From assembly GCA_963815115.1 (NCBI GenBank), contig CAWFFN010000009.1, positions 1,280,001 through 1,344,000 on the forward strand: a DNA stretch of 64,000 nucleotides. Direction: 5' to 3'. A model generated the notes under the pieces. It was not told the DNA's origin, searched no databases, and saw only the letters and a list, made by a program, of their open reading frames with translations. Positions 1-8,964 of the stretch are shown in pieces; position 1 is the stretch's first letter, and every line of letters begins with the position of its first letter. Source of the stretch: an uncultured delta proteobacterium. Its GTDB lineage: Bacteria; Desulfobacterota; Binatia; DP-6. A program made the translations under genes and the position numbers.

Positions 1-1
1 C

Positions 2-421
2 GCGCCAGCGCGGGCACCGGGCCCGGAGGAGCTGCTGGTCGAGCTGATGGCCGCCGACGCCGACGTCGCCCGGCGCGTCGAGCAGGCCGACGTGCTCGGT
101 GCATTCGAGGATCCCACCTGGCGCGCGACGGCCGAGCGCCTCGTCTCCCAGTCGGAGGACGACCGCAGCGCGGTGCTGCAAACGCTGCCGCGCGAGCTGC
201 GCGACCGGGTGGCGCGGCGCCTGTTCGACGAGGAGGTGGACGAGGAGCGCGAGCGCATGCTCGCCGATTGCATCGCGGCGATCCAGCGGCGCCGGGAGCG
301 CCGCGCGCGCGGTCGCCTGGTGACGGAGCTGCGCGCGGCCGAGGCGCGCGGTGACGCGCCCGCGGCCGAGGCGGCCCAGCGCCAGCTGCACGAGTACCTG
401 ACGGAGAAACCCCGCACGTGA
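2..421 (+). CDS. dnaG: DNA primase, C-terminal part (truncated by window start)
   Basis: Helical acidic/basic C-terminal segment, open from the window edge, whose stop overlaps the rpoD start (GTGA); standard dnaG-rpoD synteny. Catalytic domains are not in the window. Confidence 0.7.
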   Translation, partial: APARAPGPEELLVELMAADADVARRVEQADVLGAFEDPTWRATAERLVSQSEDDRSAVLQTLPRELRDRVARRLFDEEVDEERERMLADCIAAIQRRRERRARGRLVTELRAAEARGDAPAAEAAQRQLHEYLTEKPRT

Positions 422-2025
422 GGAGCATGACCGTGAGAACGACCACCGCTACCCAGGACGTCCTCGCTGACGAGTCCCTTCGCTTGCCCGCCGACGCCGT
501 TCCCGACGCCCCGGAGGAGGCCGCCGACCTCCTCGTCCCGCTCGAGGACGCGGACGAACTCGAGGCCGACGCCGCGGACGGTGCCGAGGAGGACGATGCG
601 CCTCCCGACCTCGTCGAGGAGACCCCGATCGGCGGCGATCCCGTGCGTCTCTACCTTCGTCAGATGGGGCAGGCCACCTTGCTCAGTCGCGAAGGCGAGG
701 TCGTGATCGCCAAGCGCATCGAAGAAGGCGAGCACGCCGCCGTGCGCGCCGCGCTGATGACGCCGGTCGGGCTGCGCCAGGTTCTCGGCTTCGCCGAGCG
801 CCTGCGGGCGGGCGAGGTCCGGCTGCGCGAGCTGGTGCGGGACGAACCCGACGAGGACGGTGAGCAGGGCGAGGACGACATGCGCCAGCGCCGCCGCTTC
901 CTCGCCCAGCTCGCGCGTGTCCGCGGGCTGGTCGCGGAGCGCGAGGCGCTGAGCCGCGGCGCCAAGGTCGGCCGCGCGGCGCGTGCGCGCCGCGCGGCGA
1001 GCCTCGCCCGCGTCGAGGAGCGTCTGGTCGCGACCCTGTTCGGCCTCGGCCTCTGCCGGCGCCAGGTGATGCCGGTGATGGACGAGCTGTCGCGCGCGGC
1101 CCAGCGCCTCGCCCAGCTGAAGGAGTGTGCCCGGCGGCTCGCGCTCGACCGCCCGCGCGGCCGCGAGCGCATCCGCGACGCCGCGGCCGAGCGACGCGCC
1201 GCCGAGCGCGAGTCGCGCGAGCTCGAGCGCGGCATCGGGATGCGGTCGGCGGTCCTGGCGCATGTCGTCGAGGAGATCGACGCGGCGCGCACGCGCGCTC
1301 ACGTCGCCAAGCAGGAGCTCATCGAGGCCAACCTCCGCCTCGTGGTGTCGATCGCGAAGCGCTACCTCCACCGCGGACTTCAGTTCCTCGACCTGATCCA
1401 GGAAGGGAACGTGGGTCTGATGCGGGCCGTCGAGAAGTTCGAGTACCGGCGCGGGTACAAGTTCTCGACCTACGCCACGTGGTGGATCCGTCAGGCGATC
1501 ACCCGCGCGATCGCGGACCAGGCGCGTACCATCCGCATCCCGGTGCACATGGTCGAGACCATCAACAAACTGATGCGGGTGTCGCGCGCGCTGGTGCAGG
1601 AGCTGGGCCGCGAGCCGGCGCCGGAGGAGATCGGCGTGCGCATGGAGCTGTCGGCAGACAAGGTCCGCCGCGTGCTGCGCGTCACCCGCGAGCCGATCTC
1701 GCTGGAGACTCCGGTGGGCGAGGAGGACGACAGCCATCTGGGCGACTTCATCGAGGACGAGCGCGCCGTGGCGCCGATCGACGCCGCGCTGGCGAGCAAC
1801 CTGCGCAGCCAGACCCGCAAGGTCCTGGGCACGCTCACGCCGCGCGAGGAGCAGGTACTGCGCCTGCGCTTCGGCATCGGGGAGACGGCGGATCTGACGC
1901 TGGAGGAGGTCGGGCTGCGCTTCGCCGTCACCCGGGAGCGCATCCGGCAGATCGAAGCGAAGGCCCTGCGCAAGCTCCGTCACCCGACCCGCGCGCGCCA
2001 GCTGCGGAGCTTCTACGAGCAGTGA
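418..2025 (+). CDS. rpoD: RNA polymerase sigma-70 factor
   Basis: Region 1.2 [11 protein letters not shown]; region 2 [13 protein letters not shown]...DLIQEGN...[31 protein letters not shown]; region 4 [20 protein letters not shown]. Start may be ATG 427. Confidence 0.96.
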   Translation: MRSMTVRTTTATQDVLADESLRLPADAVPDAPEEAADLLVPLEDADELEADAADGAEEDDAPPDLVEETPIGGDPVRLYLRQMGQATLLSREGEVVIAKRIEEGEHAAVRAALMTPVGLRQVLGFAERLRAGEVRLRELVRDEPDEDGEQGEDDMRQRRRFLAQLARVRGLVAEREALSRGAKVGRAARARRAASLARVEERLVATLFGLGLCRRQVMPVMDELSRAAQRLAQLKECARRLALDRPRGRERIRDAAAERRAAERESRELERGIGMRSAVLAHVVEEIDAARTRAHVAKQELIEANLRLVVSIAKRYLHRGLQFLDLIQEGNVGLMRAVEKFEYRRGYKFSTYATWWIRQAITRAIADQARTIRIPVHMVETINKLMRVSRALVQELGREPAPEEIGVRMELSADKVRRVLRVTREPISLETPVGEEDDSHLGDFIEDERAVAPIDAALASNLRSQTRKVLGTLTPREEQVLRLRFGIGETADLTLEEVGLRFAVTRERIRQIEAKALRKLRHPTRARQLRSFYEQ

Positions 2026-2075
2026 CCGGTCCCTTGCAGAGTGCGCCGTTCAATGGTCTTGTGCGGACGCCCTCC

Positions 2076-2152
2076 GGGCCCATAGCTCAGGTGGTTAGAG
2101 CTGCCGGCTCATAACCGGCGGGTCGTGTGTTCGAGTCACACTGGGCCCACCA
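2076..2152 (+). tRNA. tRNA with CAT anticodon, most likely tRNA-Ile2 (lysidine-modified)
   Basis: Full cloverleaf: acceptor GGGCCCA/TGGGCCC, D-arm GCTC/GAGC, anticodon arm GCCGG-CTCATAA-CCGGC, T-arm GTGTG-TTCGAGT-CACAC, encoded ACCA end. C4-G69/C5-G68 pairs and position after rpoD favour Ile2 over Met. Confidence 0.93.
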
Positions 2153-2211
2153 TCGTGGCGGGCCGCAGCGAAAACAACGAGGCAGACCAACCAAGGAGCG
2201 GAGGCGACACC

Positions 2212-2937
2212 TTGCGAGCACAGATCGAGGCCCTCGCCGCACTGCAACGCGTCGACCAGAGCCTGCGGGAGAACACGCAGGCGCTGCAGGCGGGCGAGAG
2301 CCGGGTCGCGGCGCTCGAGCAGGCGGTGCATGCCCACCAAACGGCCGTCGCGGCCATCCAGAGCGAGTTGTCCGGGCTCGGGGTCCGGCAACGGGATCTC
2401 GAAGGACGGCTGACGGCGAGTGAGACCAAGATGAAGGACCGCCGGATGCGGATCACGCGCATCCGCAACGACAAGGAGCTCGGGCTGGCGAAGCGCGAAG
2501 TCGAGCTGCTGAAGGAGGAGGCGAGCGGTCTCGAGATCGAGCTGATCGGGGTCCTCGAGCAGGTCGACGCCGTGACCAAGCGCCTCGAGGCGGCGCAGAC
2601 GGAGCTGGCCTCGCTCACCACCGCGCGTGACACCGAGGCGACGCAGCTGCGTGACACGATCGATCGCCTCGGCGCCGAGATCGAGCGCGACCGGGGCCGG
2701 CGCGGCGAGCTGGTCCAGGCGGTCGACGGTGATCTGAGACGGCGCTACGAGATGATCTTCTCGCGCCGCGGCGGTGTCGCGGTCGTGCCGGTGCGCGGCG
2801 GGACCTGCCAGGGCTGCCACATGCACGTGCCGCCGCAGCTCTACAACCTCATCCAGCGCAACGAGCAGGTGATCCTGTGCCCGAACTGCCAGCGCATGCT
2901 CTTCTGGCAGCCGGAGGGCGAGGAGGCCAACGGGTGA
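2212..2937 (+). CDS. Coiled-coil protein with C4 zinc ribbon (DUF164 / CT398 / HP0958-like)
   Basis: Long coiled coil then CQGCHM...CPNCQRML. TTG start at 2212 follows GGAGG; the ORF-track start 2125 overlaps the tRNA. Confidence 0.85.
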   Translation: MRAQIEALAALQRVDQSLRENTQALQAGESRVAALEQAVHAHQTAVAAIQSELSGLGVRQRDLEGRLTASETKMKDRRMRITRIRNDKELGLAKREVELLKEEASGLEIELIGVLEQVDAVTKRLEAAQTELASLTTARDTEATQLRDTIDRLGAEIERDRGRRGELVQAVDGDLRRRYEMIFSRRGGVAVVPVRGGTCQGCHMHVPPQLYNLIQRNEQVILCPNCQRMLFWQPEGEEANG

Positions 2938-2960
2938 GCAACGCCGGCGCGTACGGCGCG

Positions 2961-3344
2961 CCGGAGGAGGTCGAGCAGCCGCTCGCCGACGAGGCGGGAG
3001 GAAAGTCCGGACTCCACAGGGCAGGGTGGCCGCTAACGGCGGCCCCGGGAAACCGGGGGAAAGTGCCACAGAGAGTAGACCGCCCCGGGCCTCGTGCCCG
3101 GAGCAAGGGTGAAAGGGCGAGGTAAGAGCTCGCCAGGTCCGCTCGTGAGGGCGGACGCTCGGTAAACCCCACCCGGAGCAAGACCGCGTAGGAGGGAGCC
3201 CGTCTTCCGGACGGGTACGGGTGGCCCGCCCGCTTCCCTCGGGTCGGTCGCTCGATCCCTCGGGCAACCGGGGGACCAGACGAATGGCTGCTGCTCCCGC
3301 TTCCTGGGCGGGGGGACAGAATCCGGCTTACAGACCTCCTCCGG
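2961..3344 (+). ncRNA. rnpB: RNase P RNA, bacterial type A
   Basis: GAGGAAAGTCCGGACTC, GAAAGTGCCACAGA, GGGTGAAA..GGTAAGAGC, GGTAAACCCC, ACAGAATCCGGCTTA; P1 helix CCGGAGGAGGTC/GACCTCCTCCGG. Confidence 0.97.
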
Positions 3345-3406
3345 CGGGCCGCACGCGCGGTTTCGCCGGCCCTGCCCGACGCGTCCCGGGCCTCGGAAAA
3401 TCTTGC

Positions 3407-3436
3407 TTGACAAGTACGATCCCCGGGGTGTACTCC
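3407..3436 (+). promoter_or_regulatory. Putative sigma70 promoter of the dcw cluster
   Basis: Perfect TTGACA at 3407-3412 and a weaker -10-like TGTACTCC about 17 nt downstream, upstream of mraZ. Confidence 0.55.
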
Positions 3437-3445
3437 GGCGCTGCT

Positions 3446-3480
3446 GTGGGGCTAGGTGGGGTGAGGTGGAGCCTAGTGTG
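3446..3480 (+). promoter_or_regulatory. MraZ-binding direct repeats
   Basis: GTGGG (3446), GTGGG (3456), GTGGA (3466), GTGTG (3476) at exact 10-bp periodicity just upstream of mraZ, matching known MraZ operator architecture. Confidence 0.8.
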
Positions 3481-3507
3481 GGGCGATGATCCCCTACAGC
3501 CGGTGGA

Positions 3508-3960
3508 ATGTTCCGAGGCCACTTCGAGCATGCGGTCGATGACAAGGGTCGGGTGGCCATCCCGATCCAGTTCCGCGAGGCGCTCTCCGGGCTCCAGGAG
3601 GAGCGCCTCGTGGCCACCAAGTTCCGCATCGGCGCCCATCGCTGCCTCGACGTCTACCCGTTCTCGGCGTGGCGCCGGCTCGAGGGCAGCCTGCTCGCCA
3701 AGAACCGTTTCGATCCGCGTTACGTCCGCTTCCGCAACGTCTACGTCTCGGGCGCGCACGAGCTGGTACTCGACGGGCAGGGCCGGGTGCTGCTCCCGCC
3801 GCTGCTGCGTGACTACGCCGGGATCTCGCGCGGCGTCATGATCACCGGCGATGTCGACAAGTTCCGCATCTGGGACCAGGAGGTCTGGCAGCGGGCATTC
3901 GGTGAGCACGAGGACAAGGTCCTGGACGACGAGGAATTCCTCGCCGGACTCGACCTCTGA
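3508..3960 (+). CDS. mraZ: Division/cell-wall cluster transcriptional repressor MraZ
   Basis: MFRGHFEHAVDDKGRVAIP and LDGQGRVLLP repeats. Confidence 0.96.
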   Translation: MFRGHFEHAVDDKGRVAIPIQFREALSGLQEERLVATKFRIGAHRCLDVYPFSAWRRLEGSLLAKNRFDPRYVRFRNVYVSGAHELVLDGQGRVLLPPLLRDYAGISRGVMITGDVDKFRIWDQEVWQRAFGEHEDKVLDDEEFLAGLDL

Positions 3961-4062
3961 AGCAGCAAGCGAGGAAGCCAGCGACCGCCTCGGCGGCGAG
4001 CGAGAAAGGGGTGCGGGGTGACGGCGGGGAGCGCTGCGGCGAGGCGTGGCGACGAACCGCCG

Positions 4063-5028
4063 ATGACGAGCAAGGAGACGGACACCGGGCCGGTGGGCGC
4101 CGCCCATGTGGCGGTGATGGTGGGGCAGGTCGTGCGGGGGCTGCGCCCCCGGCCGGGTGCCCGTCTCGTGGATGCTACCGTCGGTCTCGGCGGGCATGCC
4201 GCGGCGATGCTCGCCGCCGCGCCGGACACCTCGCTGCTCGGGATCGACCGCGACCCCCACGCCCTCGACCTCGCGCGCCAGCGGCTCGCCGGCTTCGGCG
4301 ATCGGGTGCGTCTCCGTGCCGGCTCCTTCGCCGACCTGGCCGCGCCGCTCGCCGCCGAAGGCTGGGACGGAGCCGATGCGCTGCTGCTCGACCTGGGGGT
4401 GAGCTCCCTCCAGCTCGACACCGCCGCGCGCGGCTTCAGCTTCCGCCATACAGGTCCGCTCGACATGCGCATGGATCCGGCGAGCGAGCTGACCGCCGCC
4501 ACGATCGTCAACGCGTGGGACGAAGACGCGCTGGCCAACGCCGTCGCCGAGCTGGGGGAGGAGCCGCGCGCACGCGCCGTGGCGCGCGCCATCGTGCGCG
4601 CCCGGCCCCTCGCGTCCACCGAGGCCCTCGCCGCGGTCGTGGCCGGCGCGGCCGGACGTGGGCGCGGGCGGCTTCATCCCGCCACGCGGACCTTCCAGGC
4701 GCTGCGCATCGTGGTCAACGACGAGCTCGGAGCGCTCGACCGCTTCCTCGCCGACGGCTGGAGGTTCCTCCGGCCCGGCGGGCGCCTCGCCGTCCTCGCC
4801 TACCATTCGCTCGAGGATCGGCGCGTGAAGGAAGCGATGCGGCGCTGGGCGGCCTCCTGCGTGTGTCCGCCGGGACTGCCGCAGTGTGCGTGCGGCTGGA
4901 GCGCCAAGGTGCGGCTGCTGACGACGCGGCCGTTGCGGCCCGAGGACGACGAGGTGGCGCGCAACCCGCGTGCGCGCAGCGCGCGCCTGCGCCTCGCCGA
5001 GCGCCTCGGCGGCGGGGAGGCCAACTGA
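4063..5028 (+). CDS. rsmH: 16S rRNA m4C1402 methyltransferase
   Basis: HVAVM, DATVGLGGHA, DLGVSSLQLD...RGFSF, PLDMRM, HPATRTFQALRI, HSLEDR, NPRARSARLR. Start could be GTG 4018. Confidence 0.95.
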   Translation: MTSKETDTGPVGAAHVAVMVGQVVRGLRPRPGARLVDATVGLGGHAAAMLAAAPDTSLLGIDRDPHALDLARQRLAGFGDRVRLRAGSFADLAAPLAAEGWDGADALLLDLGVSSLQLDTAARGFSFRHTGPLDMRMDPASELTAATIVNAWDEDALANAVAELGEEPRARAVARAIVRARPLASTEALAAVVAGAAGRGRGRLHPATRTFQALRIVVNDELGALDRFLADGWRFLRPGGRLAVLAYHSLEDRRVKEAMRRWAASCVCPPGLPQCACGWSAKVRLLTTRPLRPEDDEVARNPRARSARLRLAERLGGGEAN

Positions 5029-5138
5029 GCCCCCCGCTGAGCGCGCCGCTCGCGCAGGCGGCGGGAGCGCAACGGCTGCTGGCCGTCCGTCGGCCGCTGG
5101 TGCGCCCGACGAGCGACCCGCGACGGCTCGTGCGCGCG

Positions 5139-5408
5139 ATGCGCGGCCGCCTGACGCGTCGGGTGGCTGCCTTCGGGGCGGTGCTGCTCCTGCTCTGCCT
5201 GGTGCAGGTCTGGCTCCGCCTGCAGGTGGTCGACATCGGCTACCAGCTCTCCGCCGCCCGCAAGATGGAGCAGCGCCTCGATCACGAGCGCCGGCAGCTG
5301 CGCGCCGAGCTGGCCACGCTGCAGGACACGGCGGCGCTCGGCGACACGGCACGGTCGAAGCTCGGCCTGGTCGAGCCGCAGAAGGGGCAAGTGGTCGATC
5401 TGCGATGA
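5139..5408 (+). CDS. ftsL: Cell division protein FtsL (start uncertain, possibly CTG 5025)
   Basis: One TM segment, a coiled coil and the ending ARSKLGLVEP..QVV; lies between rsmH and ftsI with an ATGA overlap. Confidence 0.85.
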   Translation: MRGRLTRRVAAFGAVLLLLCLVQVWLRLQVVDIGYQLSAARKMEQRLDHERRQLRAELATLQDTAALGDTARSKLGLVEPQKGQVVDLR

Positions 5409-7465
5409 GGCTGCCGCGCGGCCGCCGCGCGCGCGTGGTCGTGATCGCCGCGCTCCTCACGCTCTGCTTCCTGCTGCTGCTCGGCCGAGCCGTCGATCTC
5501 GCCGTGCTGCGTGGCGCGGAGCTCGCGCGTCAGGCGGCCCGGCAGCACCACGAGGAGGTGGCGCTGGTGCCGCATCGCGGCGAGATCGTCGATCGCAACG
5601 GCGATCTGCTCGCGCTCTCGCTCGACGTCCCCTCGATCTACGTGCGACCGAAGGAGCTCGGTGAGGATCGCGCGCGCCTGCCCGACGTGGCGCGCGCGCT
5701 GCGCGTGGCCATGACCCGGCTGCAACCGCGGCTCGCGACCGAGCCCTTCGTCTGGCTGAAGCGCCAGGCGCTCCCGCGCGAGCTGTCCTCCGTCCTCGAC
5801 CTGCGCGTCGCGGGCGTCGGCCATCTCGACGAGCCGCGACGGGTGTACCCGCACGGCGATCTGGCCGCACACGTGCTGGGCTTCGTCGGCATGGACGCGC
5901 AGGGGCTCTCCGGCCTCGAACGCCGGTTCGACCGCGAGATCCGCGGCGAGCCCGTCGTGTTCGCGGTGGACCGCGACGCCCGGGGGCGGGAGTTCATGCG
6001 AGCCGCGTTCACCGACGCGCCCACGCAGGGCAGCCGCGTCGAGCTCACGCTGGACGAGAAGATCCAGGCGGTCACCGAGCGCGAGCTCGCTGCTGGCGTG
6101 GCCAACGCGAAGGCCGCCGGCGGGGCGGCGGTCGTGCTCGATCCGACGACCGGCGAGATCCTCGCGCTCGCCAACGTGCCCTCCTTCAATCCCAACGACC
6201 GCGGCGACTGGGGCAATCCGAGGCACAAGGACCGCGTCCGCAACCACGCCATCTCCGACCCGTACGAGCCCGGCTCGACGTTCAAGGCCATCCTCGCGGC
6301 GAGCGCGCTCGAGGAACACGTGGTCACGCCGACGGAGCGCTTCTTCTGCGAGAACGGCGCCTATCACGTCGGGAAATGGACGATCCACGACTCCCATCCC
6401 CACGGCTGGCTCTCGTTCGCGGAGGTGATCCAGTTCTCCAGCAACATCGGCGCGTCCAAGGTCGGTGACCGTCTCGGCCGCGAGCGCTACTACACCTGGC
6501 TGCGCCGCTTCGGCTTCGGCCAGCGCTCCGGCGTCGAGCTGCCGGACGAATCGCCGGGCATCCTGCGCGACGGGAAGTCGTGGGCGCGCATCGACCTGCT
6601 CACCCACAGCTTCGGGCAGGGCGTCTCCGTGACGCCGGTGCAGATGGTGGCGGCGTACGCTGCCATCGCCAACGGCGGCATGCTGATGCGTCCGTTCCTG
6701 GTGCGGCGCATCCTCTCGGCGAACGGGGAGGCCAGCCTGGAGCGCGAGCCGGAGGCCGTCCGACGCGTGATCAGCCTGCGCACCTCGGAGGTCGCGACCG
6801 AGCTGCTGCGACGGGTGGTGGAGGAGAAGGGCGGCACCGGCTCGCAGGCGCGGCTCGACGACTTCATGGTTGCAGGCAAGACGGGAACGGCGCAGAAGGT
6901 GGACGCCCGTACCCATGGCTACTCAGCGAAACGCATCGGCTCCTTCGTCGGATTCGTGCCGGCGGACCATCCGCGCGCCGTCATCCTCGTGCTGATCGAC
7001 GAACCCGGGACCTCGAGCTACGGCGGCGTGGTGGCCGCGCCCGTCTTCCGGAACATCGCCGCCGCGACGATGGCCCTGATGCGCGTCCAGCCCACCCCGC
7101 GCACGTCCCCCCCGTCCGCCGGGAAGGTGCAGCAGGCATCCGCGGGACGGGGGCAGTCGACGCCTGCCGGACGCAAGCAGCAGCAGGCCGCCGAGCGCAA
7201 GCAGCCGGAGCCACCCGCGCCGCCTCGGGTCGAGGTGGCGGCGGTGCCGCCGGTCGACGGCCCGACGCTCGAGCCGGGCACGCCGAGCTTTCTCGGTCTC
7301 TCGCTGCGCGAGGCGCTGACCCGTGCGCATGCCGACGGCTGGACGGTCGACGTGCGCGGCACCGGCTGGGTGGCCGAGCAGTCCCCGCCTCCCGGAACGC
7401 CCTTCGGCGGCGATCGCCGTCTGGCGCTCGAGCTCCGATCCGACCAGCCGACGGCACGTCCCTGA
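5405..7465 (+). CDS. ftsI: Divisome transpeptidase PBP3 with C-terminal PASTA-like domain
   Basis: RGEIVDRNG, EPGSTFK (SxxK), SSN, KTGTAQK; Pro/Gln linker then a PASTA-like tail. Confidence 0.95.
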   Translation: MRLPRGRRARVVVIAALLTLCFLLLLGRAVDLAVLRGAELARQAARQHHEEVALVPHRGEIVDRNGDLLALSLDVPSIYVRPKELGEDRARLPDVARALRVAMTRLQPRLATEPFVWLKRQALPRELSSVLDLRVAGVGHLDEPRRVYPHGDLAAHVLGFVGMDAQGLSGLERRFDREIRGEPVVFAVDRDARGREFMRAAFTDAPTQGSRVELTLDEKIQAVTERELAAGVANAKAAGGAAVVLDPTTGEILALANVPSFNPNDRGDWGNPRHKDRVRNHAISDPYEPGSTFKAILAASALEEHVVTPTERFFCENGAYHVGKWTIHDSHPHGWLSFAEVIQFSSNIGASKVGDRLGRERYYTWLRRFGFGQRSGVELPDESPGILRDGKSWARIDLLTHSFGQGVSVTPVQMVAAYAAIANGGMLMRPFLVRRILSANGEASLEREPEAVRRVISLRTSEVATELLRRVVEEKGGTGSQARLDDFMVAGKTGTAQKVDARTHGYSAKRIGSFVGFVPADHPRAVILVLIDEPGTSSYGGVVAAPVFRNIAAATMALMRVQPTPRTSPPSAGKVQQASAGRGQSTPAGRKQQQAAERKQPEPPAPPRVEVAAVPPVDGPTLEPGTPSFLGLSLREALTRAHADGWTVDVRGTGWVAEQSPPPGTPFGGDRRLALELRSDQPTARP

Positions 7466-8964
7466 TGCGTCTCGGCGCGCTGCTCGACGGCCTCGGCACC
7501 GTCGCCGTGGAGGGAACGGCCGACGTCGAGGTCACCGGCGTCGCGGCAGACTCGCGCCGCGTGCGCCCGGGCGACGTCTTCTTCGCGCTCGCCGGCCGGG
7601 CCACGGACGGGCGGCGCCACGTCGCCGAGGCCCTCGCGCGCGGCGCTTCGGCGGTCGTCGCCGATGGCGAGGTCGAGGCACCGGGCGTGACGCGGGTGTG
7701 CTGCCACGAGCCGCGCCGGCTCCTCGGCCCGGTGGCGGCTCGGCTGGCTGGTGATCCGAGCGTCGGGCTCACGCTGGTCGGTGTCACCGGCACGAACGGC
7801 AAGACCACGACGACGTACCTGCTGGAGGGCATCTGGCGCGCGGCCGGCAGACGTCCCGGCGTCATCGGGACCATCGCCTACCGCTTCGCGGGCACGAGCC
7901 AGCCGGCGCCGTTCACCACGCCGGAGGCGCCCGAGCTGCACGCCATCCTCGCCGACATGCGCCGCGCCGGCGTGACCCATGTCGCCATCGAGGTGTCGTC
8001 GCACGCGCTCGCGCAGCATCGCGCCGACGGACTGCGCTTCGATGCCGCCGCCTTCACCAACCTCACGCGCGACCATCTCGATTTCCATGGCGACCTCGAG
8101 GCGTACTACGCGGCGAAGGCGAGACTCTTCCACGAGCTGCTGCCCGCGTCCGGCAAGGTGGGGCCCGTGGCGGTCGTGAACGTGGACGATCCGGGCGGGG
8201 CGCGGCTCGCCGGCGAGGTGGCGGTGCGCTGCGTGCGCGTCGGCCGCGCCGAGGGCGCCGACGTGCGTCCGGTGGACGTCGAGAGCACGCTCGCGGGCAC
8301 TCGCGGCGTCCTGCTCCTCGGCGGCGAGCGCGTCGAGTTCACCAGTCCGCTGGTGGGGGCCCCGCATGCGGAGAACATCGCGCTCGCCGCCGCCACGGCG
8401 TGGGCCCTCGGCGTCGACACGACGGCCATCGCCGCCGGCATCGCCGCCACGGCGCCGCCGCCTGGCCGGGTGGAGCGCATCCCGGGCCCGGGCTTCACGG
8501 TGGTGGTCGACTACGCCCACACTCCCGATGCCCTGGAACGCCTGCTCGCCGCGCTCCGGCCGCTGACGCCCGGGACCCTCATCACGGTCTTCGGCTGTGG
8601 CGGCGACCGCGACCGCGGCAAGCGGCCGCTGATGGGCGCTGCCGCGGCACGCGCGAGCGATCTCGTCGTGATCACCTCCGACAACCCGCGCACGGAAGAT
8701 CCGGGCCGCATCCTCGCCGACATCGAGCCGGGCGTGCGCGAGGCGGGACTCGCCCCGCTGCGGCGGAGCGCTCCGGGTGGGCGAGGCTACCTGGTCGAGC
8801 CCGATCGGCCGGCGGCCATCGCGCTCGCCGTCGGGCTCGCGCGGCCGGGCGATCTGGTGGTCGTCGCGGGCAAGGGGCACGAGGACTACCAGATCGTCGG
8901 CACCGAGAAGCGCCACCTCGACGACCGCGAGGAGGTGAGGCGCGTGCTGGAGCAGCACGCGTGA
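7465..8964 (+). CDS. murE: UDP-MurNAc-tripeptide synthetase (meso-DAP type)
   Basis: GVTGTNGKTTT, FTNLTRDHLDFH, DYAHTPD, SDNPR, GKGHEDYQ. Confidence 0.96.
   Translation: MRLGALLDGLGTVAVEGTADVEVTGVAADSRRVRPGDVFFALAGRATDGRRHVAEALARGASAVVADGEVEAPGVTRVCCHEPRRLLGPVAARLAGDPSVGLTLVGVTGTNGKTTTTYLLEGIWRAAGRRPGVIGTIAYRFAGTSQPAPFTTPEAPELHAILADMRRAGVTHVAIEVSSHALAQHRADGLRFDAAAFTNLTRDHLDFHGDLEAYYAAKARLFHELLPASGKVGPVAVVNVDDPGGARLAGEVAVRCVRVGRAEGADVRPVDVESTLAGTRGVLLLGGERVEFTSPLVGAPHAENIALAAATAWALGVDTTAIAAGIAATAPPPGRVERIPGPGFTVVVDYAHTPDALERLLAALRPLTPGTLITVFGCGGDRDRGKRPLMGAAAARASDLVVITSDNPRTEDPGRILADIEPGVREAGLAPLRRSAPGGRGYLVEPDRPAAIALAVGLARPGDLVVVAGKGHEDYQIVGTEKRHLDDREEVRRVLEQHA

Noticed and set aside
2076-2152. 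tRNA as an integration site, or as initiator tRNA-fMet
   Set aside because: No duplicated 3' end or integrase nearby. It has a paired G1-C72 and lacks the three consecutive G-C anticodon-stem pairs of fMet.
2095-3629. ORFs overlapping the tRNA and rnpB (2095-3267 -, 2849-3181 -, 3033-3629 -)
   Set aside because: Explained by the structured RNA genes on the plus strand.
4858-4895. Cys-rich insert CVCPPGLPQCAC in RsmH
   Set aside because: A common feature of RsmH in many phyla, not novel.
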